From contig JAAZBN010000214.1 of NCBI GenBank assembly GCA_012513795.1, forward strand, positions 1-45,477: a DNA stretch of 45,477 nucleotides, given 5' to 3'. The stretch comes from Bacteroidales bacterium. GTDB lineage: Bacteria > Bacteroidota > Bacteroidia > Bacteroidales > VadinHA17. The notes under the pieces are model-generated. The model did not search any database and had not been told where the DNA came from. It worked only from the letters and a program-made list of their open reading frames with translations. Each line of letters opens with the position of its first letter. Position 1 is the stretch's first letter. Below are positions 1-8,772 of this stretch, in pieces. The translations under genes and the position numbers were made by a program.

Positions 1-375
1 GTACTGCTGGTTGATGATGATCCCGATTACCTTTTCCAGGTAGCCTTTTACCTCCGTAAGGAAGGTTTCGAGGTGATTGCCGTGGAGAGCCAGGCTGAAG
101 CGGAGCAGGTCATTGCAAAGATGAAACCGGACATTGCTGTCTTTGATCTTATGATGGAGAGTGATGACAGCGGCTTCATTCTCTGTTACAAACTAAAGAG
201 GAGGTATCCCGAAGTGCCGGTGATACTTGCTACGGCAGTATCACGTGAAACCGGTATAACCTTCGGACTCAGCGGGGAGCAGGACCGCGACTGGATCAGG
301 GCTGATCTCTACCTTGAGAAAGGGGTCAGGCCCGAACAACTTGAACAGGAGTTAAGAAAGCTCTTAAAGATCTGA
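1..375 (+). CDS. Stand-alone response regulator receiver protein (5'-truncated by window edge)
   Basis: Frame is open from base 1 (VLLVDDDPDY...), upstream of the ORF-track start at 73. Acidic pocket DDD, phosphoacceptor FDLMM, Thr in ATAV, Lys in LEKG; no output domain. Confidence 0.85.
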   Translation, partial: VLLVDDDPDYLFQVAFYLRKEGFEVIAVESQAEAEQVIAKMKPDIAVFDLMMESDDSGFILCYKLKRRYPEVPVILATAVSRETGITFGLSGEQDRDWIRADLYLEKGVRPEQLEQELRKLLKI

Positions 376-377
376 CC

Positions 378-1526
378 ATGGCACAGCTGAAGATATTGGT
401 TGTAGATGACGAACCGGGAATCCGCTCCGGCGTATCAAGGATACTGGGTAATTTCCATGTGACCTATCCTTTTATGGATGAGGATTATACGTTTCAGATA
501 CTGGAAGCAGCCACAGGCGAGGAGGGTATAGAAATAATTGACCGCGAGATGCCTGATATACTGCTTCTTGACAATAAGCTGCCGGGGATACAGGGGGTTG
601 AGGTGCTGGAATATGTCAGGAAAAAGAACTATGATATTGTGGTGGCGATGATCACATCATATGCTTCCATTGATGTCGCTGTAAAAGCGCACAATGACGG
701 AGCTATAGATTTTATACCCAAACCATTCACGCCACAGGAACTGAAGTCTTCCATTGAGCAGATTACCAAGCAGCAATACCTGCGCCGTATAACCCATAAG
801 CTCAAGGTTGAAGGCAGGAAGGTGCGGTTTCAGTTCCTCTCTGTACTGTCGCACGAACTGAAGGCCCCGCTGAATGCAGTTGAAGGATACCTCAAGATGA
901 TGCAGGAGAGACAGATGGGTGACTCCCTCGATGAGTATTCATCTGCCATAGAAAGGTCACTTCAGCGGATAGACAGCATGAGACACCTGATAATGGATCT
1001 GCTCGACTTCACCAAGGTAAGTTTTGAGAGGCAGATGGAAAAGATGCAGAACGTTAACCTCCGTGAGCTGGCTTCGATGGCAGTGGTGACCGTCAGTCCC
1101 TATGCCATACACAAAGACATCCGCTTTGTTACCGAGGTCAACGGATGTGAAACCATCTGGGCAGATCCCAATGATTTCGAGATAATCATGAATAACCTCG
1201 TTTCAAATGCCGTCAAGTACAATAATCACGGAGGTACGGTAACGATAACCCTCGACTGCAATGACAATGAGTTCTCGCTCTCGGTGGCAGACACAGGCAT
1301 AGGAATGAACAATGAAGAGCGTGACATGCTTTTTGAAGAGTTCTCAAGGATACGCAATGACAAGACCCGCAACATCAGCGGCAGCGGTCTGGGCCTCTCC
1401 ATAGTCAAAAAGGTAGTCGATCTATATCATGGCGTGATAAACGTGGAGAGTAATCCGGATAAAGGGTCAGTCTTCACGGTGATAATACCAAGGTCACAGG
1501 TTTCCAATTTAAAGACCGGAATATGA
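378..1526 (+). CDS. Hybrid receiver-histidine kinase (REC-HisKA-HATPase), no sensor or TM domain
   Basis: N-terminal ILVVDDE...LLDNKLPG...KPF receiver; H-box SHELKAPL, N-box NLVSNAVKY, G1 DTGIG, G2 GSGLGL. Confidence 0.9.
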   Translation: MAQLKILVVDDEPGIRSGVSRILGNFHVTYPFMDEDYTFQILEAATGEEGIEIIDREMPDILLLDNKLPGIQGVEVLEYVRKKNYDIVVAMITSYASIDVAVKAHNDGAIDFIPKPFTPQELKSSIEQITKQQYLRRITHKLKVEGRKVRFQFLSVLSHELKAPLNAVEGYLKMMQERQMGDSLDEYSSAIERSLQRIDSMRHLIMDLLDFTKVSFERQMEKMQNVNLRELASMAVVTVSPYAIHKDIRFVTEVNGCETIWADPNDFEIIMNNLVSNAVKYNNHGGTVTITLDCNDNEFSLSVADTGIGMNNEERDMLFEEFSRIRNDKTRNISGSGLGLSIVKKVVDLYHGVINVESNPDKGSVFTVIIPRSQVSNLKTGI

Positions 1527-2161
1527 AGACACTCCCCGGAAAGACAGTTGAACGTCTCAGTCAGTACAGGAGAGCCCTTGCCGCCACCCTGGCTGCCAAT
1601 CGCAACTATGTGTTCTCGCATGAGCTTGCAGCAATGCTGCATATCACAGCCGTACAGGTGCGTCGCGATCTTATGCTTATTGGCTACGGCAGCGTGATGC
1701 GAAAAGGTTATGATGTGAGAGAACTGATAAAAACAATCGGACTGATAATTGATGCCCCCAGCGGACTCAATGTGGCAATCATAGGCATGGGTAACCTGGG
1801 GCGAGCAATTACGGGTTACTTTAAGGGCAAGCGCACCAATATGAATGTGGTGGCTGCCTTTGATGTTGATCCCCAAAAAGTTGGCAAGGTAGTGGCCGGA
1901 GTCAGATGCCATAATATTAACCAGTTAAGGAGCCTGCGCGAGGAGCTTGACATCTCTGTCGCCGTTCTGACCGTTCCGGCTGATCAGGCGGTCTCTGTGG
2001 CCTCTACGCTGGTAAGTAACGGAATAAGGGGTATAATGAACTTCACAACCGTTTCGCTGAACGTCCCGGATAACGTTTACCTTGAAGAGTTTGACATGAT
2101 AACCTCAATAGAGAAAGTGGCATACTTCGTCAAAGAAAACCAGCAGCCTGCAGGGTTATGA
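1523..2161 (+). CDS. rex: Redox-sensing transcriptional repressor Rex
   Basis: N-terminal wHTH (TVERLSQY...SHELA...QVRRDL...GYDV), Rossmann IIGMGNLGRA, AAFDVDPQKVG, GIRGIMNF; 4-bp overlap with upstream kinase. Confidence 0.9.
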   Translation: MKTLPGKTVERLSQYRRALAATLAANRNYVFSHELAAMLHITAVQVRRDLMLIGYGSVMRKGYDVRELIKTIGLIIDAPSGLNVAIIGMGNLGRAITGYFKGKRTNMNVVAAFDVDPQKVGKVVAGVRCHNINQLRSLREELDISVAVLTVPADQAVSVASTLVSNGIRGIMNFTTVSLNVPDNVYLEEFDMITSIEKVAYFVKENQQPAGL

Positions 2162-3069
2162 GAATTTTCAGGAGCTTTGAGGAGGCATCTGTAATACAAT
2201 CCCCCGTAGTGACAACGGGTACTTTTGACGGTGTTCACATTGGCCACAGGACAATCATTAAAAGGCTGAAAAAGCTTGCCTCCGAACATGACGGGGAGAG
2301 TGTGCTGATAACATTCCATCCTCATCCAAGGGTGGTCCTCTATCCCGAGACAGCCGGCAAGGGGCTAAAGCTGATCTGTTCACAGGAAGAGAAGATTGAA
2401 CTGCTGCGCAAGGCGGGACTGGACAATATCATTATTATTGAGTTCACACGCCATTTTGCGCGGATCACCAGCGAAGAGTTCGTGAGAGACATCCTCTGTG
2501 GCACCCTTGGAGCAAAGGTTATAGTGGTGGGTCATAATCATCATTTCGGGTTTAACCAGCAGGGCGACTATCGTACGCTGTGGGCCTGGAGGGAAAAATA
2601 TGGCTTTGAGGCCGAAGAGATACCCATGCAGGAGGTGCAGAATGAGACTGTCAGCTCTACGCGTATCAGGCAGGCGCTGACAGAGGGATATATCCAGCGC
2701 GCCAATGCTTATCTGGACCATTTCTATCTTGTCATTGGCACCGCAGTAGAGGAGGATCCGGCTATAAGTCCACAGGTGCCGATGATACGTATTCCCGTAT
2801 CTGATGTCACCAAGCTCCTGCCTGCACCGGGCCTGTACGCAGTATCATGTGCGGCAGAGACATACTTTTCAAGGGGTATGGCGTTTATTCCTGACAACGC
2901 TGCGCCGTTGCCTGATCTCTTCCTTCACCTGGAGAATTATGAGAGTGATATCCCGGGCAAAAGAATGACTCTATTTTTTCATAAACGGCTGGATGCGAGC
3001 CGAATGACGGCTGATGCGGCTAAAGCCCTTATCGCAGGAGCAGGGGAGATGAGGGAGCTTATCTTCTGA
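2158..3069 (+). CDS. RibF-like FAD synthetase (FMN adenylyltransferase) with degenerate riboflavin-kinase domain
   Basis: Intact GTFDGVHIGH, ITFHPHP, VGHNHHFG, VSSTRIR motifs; C-terminal half lacks GFPTAN and E-x-H motifs. Confidence 0.8.
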   Translation: MRIFRSFEEASVIQSPVVTTGTFDGVHIGHRTIIKRLKKLASEHDGESVLITFHPHPRVVLYPETAGKGLKLICSQEEKIELLRKAGLDNIIIIEFTRHFARITSEEFVRDILCGTLGAKVIVVGHNHHFGFNQQGDYRTLWAWREKYGFEAEEIPMQEVQNETVSSTRIRQALTEGYIQRANAYLDHFYLVIGTAVEEDPAISPQVPMIRIPVSDVTKLLPAPGLYAVSCAAETYFSRGMAFIPDNAAPLPDLFLHLENYESDIPGKRMTLFFHKRLDASRMTADAAKALIAGAGEMRELIF

Positions 3070-3162
3070 TATGCCTGATCAAAGAGCTGATCACCGTTCC
3101 TCCTCTACTGACTGCGTGATAGGAAAATCACCGTTCCTGACCTCACTCAACGCGATAGACCG

Positions 3163-5739
3163 TTAATATCCGTACCTTCCTTCCGGTCTCAGAGTCTGGC
3201 CGAAAAATACTGCATTCATGAACAGTTTCGAGGTGCCGAACCATATGGCCCTGAAGTTGGTGTCGTCATAGATCGAGATCACCCTCCCCGCACCCGGATG
3301 AACAGCCACAACGGCGCTGCCGGCAATCCGCTGCAGATTCTCTTTTGAGCAGTACCCGCTAAGCAACGGGTCAGATATGTATTTAACCGGAGTGTTATAG
3401 CTTCTTCCTGTTACCTTCACGGCCGATGCATCAGTCTTGAATACCGGCAGGTATTGTTGCGTGTACCCGTAACAGAGTGGATGAGTGATATCAACCTCTG
3501 CCCTGAAGATCGTCCCCGGAACTGACTGTATAGCCCTTGCTGCATTTCTCCCGGAGAAAATACTCTCCTTTTCCGGATCAGTTCCTGCGGCTTCAATGTA
3601 ACTAATGTCCGCAAAATCGTTTGCCGCCAGCCAGCGGTTGCCTCCACGGTAGCCTATAATGGTTCCTCCCGAGCGTGACCAGTTGCGCAGACCCTCAATC
3701 ACGACGGGTGACATAGACGGATTGCCGGCAATGATTATCACGTTGTATTTGCTAAGATTGGCCGACCCCATTCTTGACGGAGTGACCAGAGTGACAGGCA
3801 TGCCGTAGCGCACATCCAGGAGGTGCCAAATCTCACCTGCATCATCCACCGGTGTACCATCCTCAATAACCAGCATCACTGACGGCCTGCTCAGGACCGT
3901 GAACCCTCCGCTGCCAAGGTCTATTCCTGCCGTGGTCAGTCCGGAGGTGACGCCGTGAACAGTTATGCCACACTCCGCTGCCACCCTGCGGAGAGTAGCG
4001 GTGATCTTTGCGGAAGTGAGCAGATTCTCTCCCCGCTGAACCATGATAGTACCGTAACCGAAGTTCTTTTCCTTCCCGTCATTTGTAACTGCAGTGAATG
4101 GTGCCATTGCAACCCTGGTGGTCAGGCCGGCCGACTGGATCATGTAAAGTGCCTTCGGTGCATATGTGTCACCCCACTCGAAGAGCCATGCATAATCAGT
4201 TTCCGTGCTGTTGACTGTTCCGGCAGGGAAAAGCGGTGCCGTCACCCGTTCTCCTGCAATGCCGGCCGCCTCGGTGCTGCCCAGTGAGGTGTAGCTGAGG
4301 TTGAAGGCCATCGGCATGACCCAGGTGGAGATATCATAAAAGACGGTGTCCGAAAATGTCTTTACCGTTTCGAACAGGGTTCTGACGAAACGATATTCCT
4401 TCTGTCTGGCAGGAACAAAATAACTGTCGCCGGGGCTGTAGGTGACGCCTCCTTTGGTGATCTGGCGGCTGCACCTGTATACCTCTATCCTGTGACGCAG
4501 CAGATTCTCGATAAAATGAGCACAGGCACTACGGTCGGTGCCGGCGTTGAAGAGATAGCCCTTTACAGGGGCAGCAGCAGCTTCCCTGAGCGCAGAGAGA
4601 TAAAACTCACGCTGCATATCCAGCAGTCTGACCCTCATGTTTATCCCTGCCTCTATGGTTGAGAGTGAAACGGTGAACTGGTTCCTGATTGCAAAGGGAA
4701 AGGAAAGCACTCCGCCCGGCACCTCGCGCAGGTGCCCTTTGGTGCCGGCCTGCTCGAAGAGAATTCCAACTGACCCGTGAATATCCGGATAGGAAGAGCC
4801 CTTCCCGAGGTAGTAATCGTCAAAACTCTCCTCAGTGTAATAAAAGCTGCCGATGGAGTCAAGATACCTTGCATGGTAACTGCCAATCTCAGCAGTAAGT
4901 ATCTGGTTGTCCGGTGGGACCACGGGGTTGTTGCGCGACTGTACGCCGGGCTGGAAGAAGAATGTGGAGTTGGCGCCCATTTCATGATGGTCAGTGTTGA
5001 TGTTGGGCATCCAGGAGTAGTATGCATCAACGCGGCCTACGCTTTCCGGGTGCTGAAGCATGAGATAGTCGCGGTTAAGATCAAACCAATAGTGGTTGGT
5101 CCGGCCTCCGGGCCACGCTTCGTTGAACTCACGGCCTGAAGGATCGGTGGACAGAGTCATTCCCCGGTGCATATTGACCCATGTTGAGTGACGCTGCAGT
5201 CCGTCAGGATTGAGCGAAGGGTCCACCAGTATGATGCATCTGTCAAGTATTTCATCAATTTTGGTTCCCTGACCCGCGACAAGATAATAAGCTGTAAGGA
5301 GTGATGCGTTCTGGGCACTCGACTCGTTGCCGTGCACTCCGTAACCAAGCTTGATGATCAGCGGCATCTCAGCCGTGTTGATGCTTTTGGCAACCGCCGG
5401 ATCGGATAGCTTCAGGTGCTCAAGCCTTATCTCCTCAAGGCGGGCCATGTTCTCTTCAGAGGTAATGATCAGCTGCCCCAGTGGCCTTCCTTCCCAGCTC
5501 TTGCCATACTCTTCCCATTTTGCTCTGTCCGAGACAGCATCCAGCTGTTTCATGTAACCCACCAGCTTGTCATGGGTGACATGCCATTCGCCGACCTCAT
5601 GACCGATGGAGGCGGGTGGAGGAATGCTGCTGTCAAAGGAGACTCCTGCTGGCATATAATATTCAAGTGTCGGGTGTGTCTGACCAAAACTTATCAGTGA
5701 TGCCAGCAGGATCACTGATGAAAGGAGCGTTCTCTTCAT
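3163..5739 (-). CDS. Secreted M14-family zinc carboxypeptidase
   Basis: Signal peptide from ATG 5739 (MKRTLLSSVILLASLISFG); GVHGNE zinc motif, NPDG, DLNRD, DHHE. Confidence 0.85.
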   Translation of the reverse strand: MKRTLLSSVILLASLISFGQTHPTLEYYMPAGVSFDSSIPPPASIGHEVGEWHVTHDKLVGYMKQLDAVSDRAKWEEYGKSWEGRPLGQLIITSEENMARLEEIRLEHLKLSDPAVAKSINTAEMPLIIKLGYGVHGNESSAQNASLLTAYYLVAGQGTKIDEILDRCIILVDPSLNPDGLQRHSTWVNMHRGMTLSTDPSGREFNEAWPGGRTNHYWFDLNRDYLMLQHPESVGRVDAYYSWMPNINTDHHEMGANSTFFFQPGVQSRNNPVVPPDNQILTAEIGSYHARYLDSIGSFYYTEESFDDYYLGKGSSYPDIHGSVGILFEQAGTKGHLREVPGGVLSFPFAIRNQFTVSLSTIEAGINMRVRLLDMQREFYLSALREAAAAPVKGYLFNAGTDRSACAHFIENLLRHRIEVYRCSRQITKGGVTYSPGDSYFVPARQKEYRFVRTLFETVKTFSDTVFYDISTWVMPMAFNLSYTSLGSTEAAGIAGERVTAPLFPAGTVNSTETDYAWLFEWGDTYAPKALYMIQSAGLTTRVAMAPFTAVTNDGKEKNFGYGTIMVQRGENLLTSAKITATLRRVAAECGITVHGVTSGLTTAGIDLGSGGFTVLSRPSVMLVIEDGTPVDDAGEIWHLLDVRYGMPVTLVTPSRMGSANLSKYNVIIIAGNPSMSPVVIEGLRNWSRSGGTIIGYRGGNRWLAANDFADISYIEAAGTDPEKESIFSGRNAARAIQSVPGTIFRAEVDITHPLCYGYTQQYLPVFKTDASAVKVTGRSYNTPVKYISDPLLSGYCSKENLQRIAGSAVVAVHPGAGRVISIYDDTNFRAIWFGTSKLFMNAVFFGQTLRPEGRYGY

Positions 5740-5819
5740 CACATCAGGTTTATGTACATCGAGCAATTTCGGAAAAAAGAGGATTGGTTGTTACGGCAGC
5801 TGCTTGTTCTGCAGCATAA

Positions 5820-6908
5820 TCACCTCACGGTCCGCCGCCTGCCGTAGTGGGGAGTATCACCCCATATGCCCAGCTCTACGGTTGTTCCTGGTAGCAGATC
5901 GAGGTTCAGTCCGCTGACATTTGACTCATCTGCCTCACGATATCCGGGCTTGCCTTCATAAATCAGATAGCCTGACCTGTATCTGGCGGGAGTGAGATTG
6001 GGCATCACCACATTGGCTCCGCATGATATTGCCTTCTCACGACCGGCAGGATCAATGGTCTGCATGGCTGTGGAGGCTACAATATTGATATCCTTCATGA
6101 TGATCCTCAATACTGCTATCATCCTGAGAGTCAAATTAAAACGTTCATTAAGGAACAGGTTGTCCGTACCTCTTGATCCCAGCGGAGTGTCTGAGTGCTC
6201 AATAAATGGCCCCATACCGCACATGTCAATATCAAAATCACGCATGAAAACAAGATCATCCGCCAGGTCGCTCATGGTCTGGTTAGGCAGTCCCACCATC
6301 ACACCTGTGCCGGTCTGGTAACCGGTCTCCTGTATTGCCTTCAGGCATTCAAGCCTCCTGTGGTACCTGTGCATGTCATCATCAGGGTGCACCCTCCGGT
6401 AGAGAGCCTCGCTGGAGGCTTCAATCCTCAGCAGGTAGCGGTGGGCGCCGGCGTCAAACCATCTTTGATAAGTCTCCCTGCTCTGCTCGCCGAGAGAAAG
6501 TGTTATTCCAAGCCTGTTATCAGTCATCTTCCGGATAGACCTTACCAGTTCCTCAACAGTTTCAACAATACTGTTTGATGAGTTTTCTCCTGACTGTATG
6601 GCTATTGAGCCCAGATTGAGTTTGTAGGCAGTCATTGCAGCTTCCAGCACCTCCTCCCGTGACATGGTGTACCTTTCAATCTTCACGTTGTCACTTCTGA
6701 CGCCACAATAGAGGCAGTTCTTGCCGCAAATGTTAGAATATTCAATGAGTCCCCTCAGGTAAACATGATTCCCCACATAGCGATCCCTGACGGCTGCTGC
6801 TCTGCGATAGAGCAGGGGAGCCTCCTCCTCATTGCACTGAAGCATGGCAAGTATGTCTGACCGGTCAGGGTTTGCCTTTCCCAGAACAGATGCTATGGAG
6901 TCCCCCAT
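5820..6908 (-). CDS. hydE: HydE-like radical SAM protein ([FeFe]-hydrogenase maturase family)
   Basis: RGLIEYSNICGKNCLYCG (CxxxCxxC), ITLSLGE, YLLRIEAS, GMGPFIEHSDTPL, GANVVMPNLTP...YLIYEGK, typical of HydE/PylB-type enzymes. Confidence 0.75.
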   Translation of the reverse strand: MGDSIASVLGKANPDRSDILAMLQCNEEEAPLLYRRAAAVRDRYVGNHVYLRGLIEYSNICGKNCLYCGVRSDNVKIERYTMSREEVLEAAMTAYKLNLGSIAIQSGENSSNSIVETVEELVRSIRKMTDNRLGITLSLGEQSRETYQRWFDAGAHRYLLRIEASSEALYRRVHPDDDMHRYHRRLECLKAIQETGYQTGTGVMVGLPNQTMSDLADDLVFMRDFDIDMCGMGPFIEHSDTPLGSRGTDNLFLNERFNLTLRMIAVLRIIMKDINIVASTAMQTIDPAGREKAISCGANVVMPNLTPARYRSGYLIYEGKPGYREADESNVSGLNLDLLPGTTVELGIWGDTPHYGRRRTVR

Positions 6909-6975
6909 CTTACTTGTGAATTGTATAACGTTAACAAGCGGGACCCTGAAGAGTTCACCTACGGTATCAATTAAA

Positions 6976-8610
6976 TCAGAATCCCCTGCCGAACATCTGC
7001 CAGAATTCTGCTTTCATTTCCTGCCAGCGGCTCATGGCGCCATGAGCAAATGCGTTGGTATATTCCGTTACCGCCTTTCTGGCCTCATCGTTTTTGCCTT
7101 CCTTAACCAGTCCTTTCACTCTCTCTTCCAGTGCTGGCAGTTCGGCAAGCGCTTTCTGTTCCATTTCGGCAACAGCCGGTTCCAGAAGTTTGCGACCGCG
7201 GTCCCAGTTCACCGCTGACAGCCTGTTGGCTTCGCGGAACGACCATATGGCTGCGTCTTCGCGATAGCGGTGCTGCCCGCATATGCGGAAGCTCTGCGGC
7301 AGTGCCATGGTGCCGGAGAAGATCGGGATGCGGGGGCTCTGGCCCGGGTTGTCAAACGAGAACCATGCCACAGCACCAACCTCGTCAGGCAGCCATGAAC
7401 GGCATTGTATGACGTGCGAGTATGAGCAACCGGCGATTGCAATTGTACGCTGCCTCTCGATGGTGCCTGGCTTCAGCTCGTTGATGAGGGTGCGGATGTC
7501 ATTATTCATCCAGTTGTTGAAGGCGGGTGACTTTACCGTATCGGTAACCTCATTGCCGGCTTCATCCTTTTTCCTAACAGTAATCATCAGGTTTTTCGTC
7601 ATGTCATATGGTGTGCCCTCGTAGGTCTCGCGGAAGAGAGCCATCACATCACTGACAGAGAGCTTTTTCTCCGGCTTCACCGAGAAGGGGAGTTCTTCCA
7701 TCTCCATCGTCAGGTTCAGTCCGGGTGCGAGGGTGCTGAGCACGAAAAAATCGCGGATGGCGTAGGGCTTCCCGGTGCCTATTACCTTGTAGAATTTGAA
7801 CGGTTCCTTCCCGTCCCAGAAACCAAGATCTTTTGCCTTTTTGCGCAGGTCGGCGGAGGTCATGAAGTGATCGGGGTCCTTGAAATTCACTTCGGAGATT
7901 CTTGGAATGTTGGCGGCAATACCAACATGGTCATCAGGTATCCTCTGAGCCACCCAGAGTGCCGAGGGTTTACCCGGTCCCGAGCCGGCTATCTCAAGCT
8001 GCCACACCTCCTGCGGGTCTGCAATTGTGATGCATTCGGCAAGGTCACCGTAACCATACTCTTCTGCCAACGATCCTATTAGTGCTATTGCCTGGCGTGC
8101 CGTTGTACAGCGCTGAAGCGCTATCCTCTCAAGCTCCTCAATCAGGAATAGACCATCCTGGTTGATCAGATCCCTCTTGCCGTAAATGGTTGTTTCCCCG
8201 ATGGCGAGTTGCTTCTCGTTAAGGCAGGGGTATGCCGTGTTGAGGTATGCGTATGTCTCCTTCACCTCGGGGACTTCGCCCTTGCGCGTCACGTTGGTCA
8301 TGTCCCAAGACTCCTCGGTGTGCATGGTGCCCCAGTAGACAGGGTGCACAGTGTCTCTTTCGAAAGTCATTGCCGGAACCACTTCGAGCCAGGTGCGGTA
8401 TCTTCCGTCGCAGGTGTGAGAGGTCATCACCGACCCGTCGGTGGAAGCCAGTCTGCCGACCATGATGCTGGTGCAGTTTTCGGCGTAGCCGGGTCCGTCA
8501 GGGTCAATGTTTTTTCTAGTTTGTGAATAGGAAATCTGGGTAAAATTCAGTAACAGGATCGTCAGAGCGGCGGAGTAGAATCGGAAAGTTGGTTTCATGT
8601 GAAAAAGCAT
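6976..8610 (-). CDS. Secreted C69-family dipeptidase (Ntn hydrolase)
   Basis: Signal peptide, then CTSIMVG...STDGSVMTSHTCD (nucleophile Cys), LNEKQLAIGETT, WVAQRIPDD. Start may be the second Met (8598). Confidence 0.85.
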   Translation of the reverse strand: MLFHMKPTFRFYSAALTILLLNFTQISYSQTRKNIDPDGPGYAENCTSIMVGRLASTDGSVMTSHTCDGRYRTWLEVVPAMTFERDTVHPVYWGTMHTEESWDMTNVTRKGEVPEVKETYAYLNTAYPCLNEKQLAIGETTIYGKRDLINQDGLFLIEELERIALQRCTTARQAIALIGSLAEEYGYGDLAECITIADPQEVWQLEIAGSGPGKPSALWVAQRIPDDHVGIAANIPRISEVNFKDPDHFMTSADLRKKAKDLGFWDGKEPFKFYKVIGTGKPYAIRDFFVLSTLAPGLNLTMEMEELPFSVKPEKKLSVSDVMALFRETYEGTPYDMTKNLMITVRKKDEAGNEVTDTVKSPAFNNWMNNDIRTLINELKPGTIERQRTIAIAGCSYSHVIQCRSWLPDEVGAVAWFSFDNPGQSPRIPIFSGTMALPQSFRICGQHRYREDAAIWSFREANRLSAVNWDRGRKLLEPAVAEMEQKALAELPALEERVKGLVKEGKNDEARKAVTEYTNAFAHGAMSRWQEMKAEFWQMFGRGF

Positions 8611-8656
8611 TACAGTTCAGCAACAAAAATAATCAGGCTTCCCAATCAGGCTCGCT

Positions 8657-8664
8657 CAAAGATA
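8657..8664 (-). promoter_or_regulatory. Bacteroidota sigma-A -7 box for the C69 peptidase/hydE/M14 unit
   Basis: TATCTTTG on the minus strand (TAnnTTTG), ~50 bp upstream of the gene. Confidence 0.55.
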
Positions 8665-8772
8665 ATATTCTACAACATACCGGTGATCATAACTGAATTG
8701 CACAACATGTTTAACATATCATTTGGTAAGTTTTAAAATGTTTCTACCTTTCCAGCAACAGAGACCCCAGTT

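Noticed and set aside
5820-6908. PylB/pyrrolysine system or biotin synthase
   Set aside because: No pylS/C/D/T or bio genes nearby, no in-frame TAG read-through candidates noticed, and motifs fit HydE better.
8698-8720. Rex operator upstream of the acyl-CoA ligase
   Set aside because: Only a short palindrome (ATGTTTAACAT); does not fit the 7-N4-7 operator.
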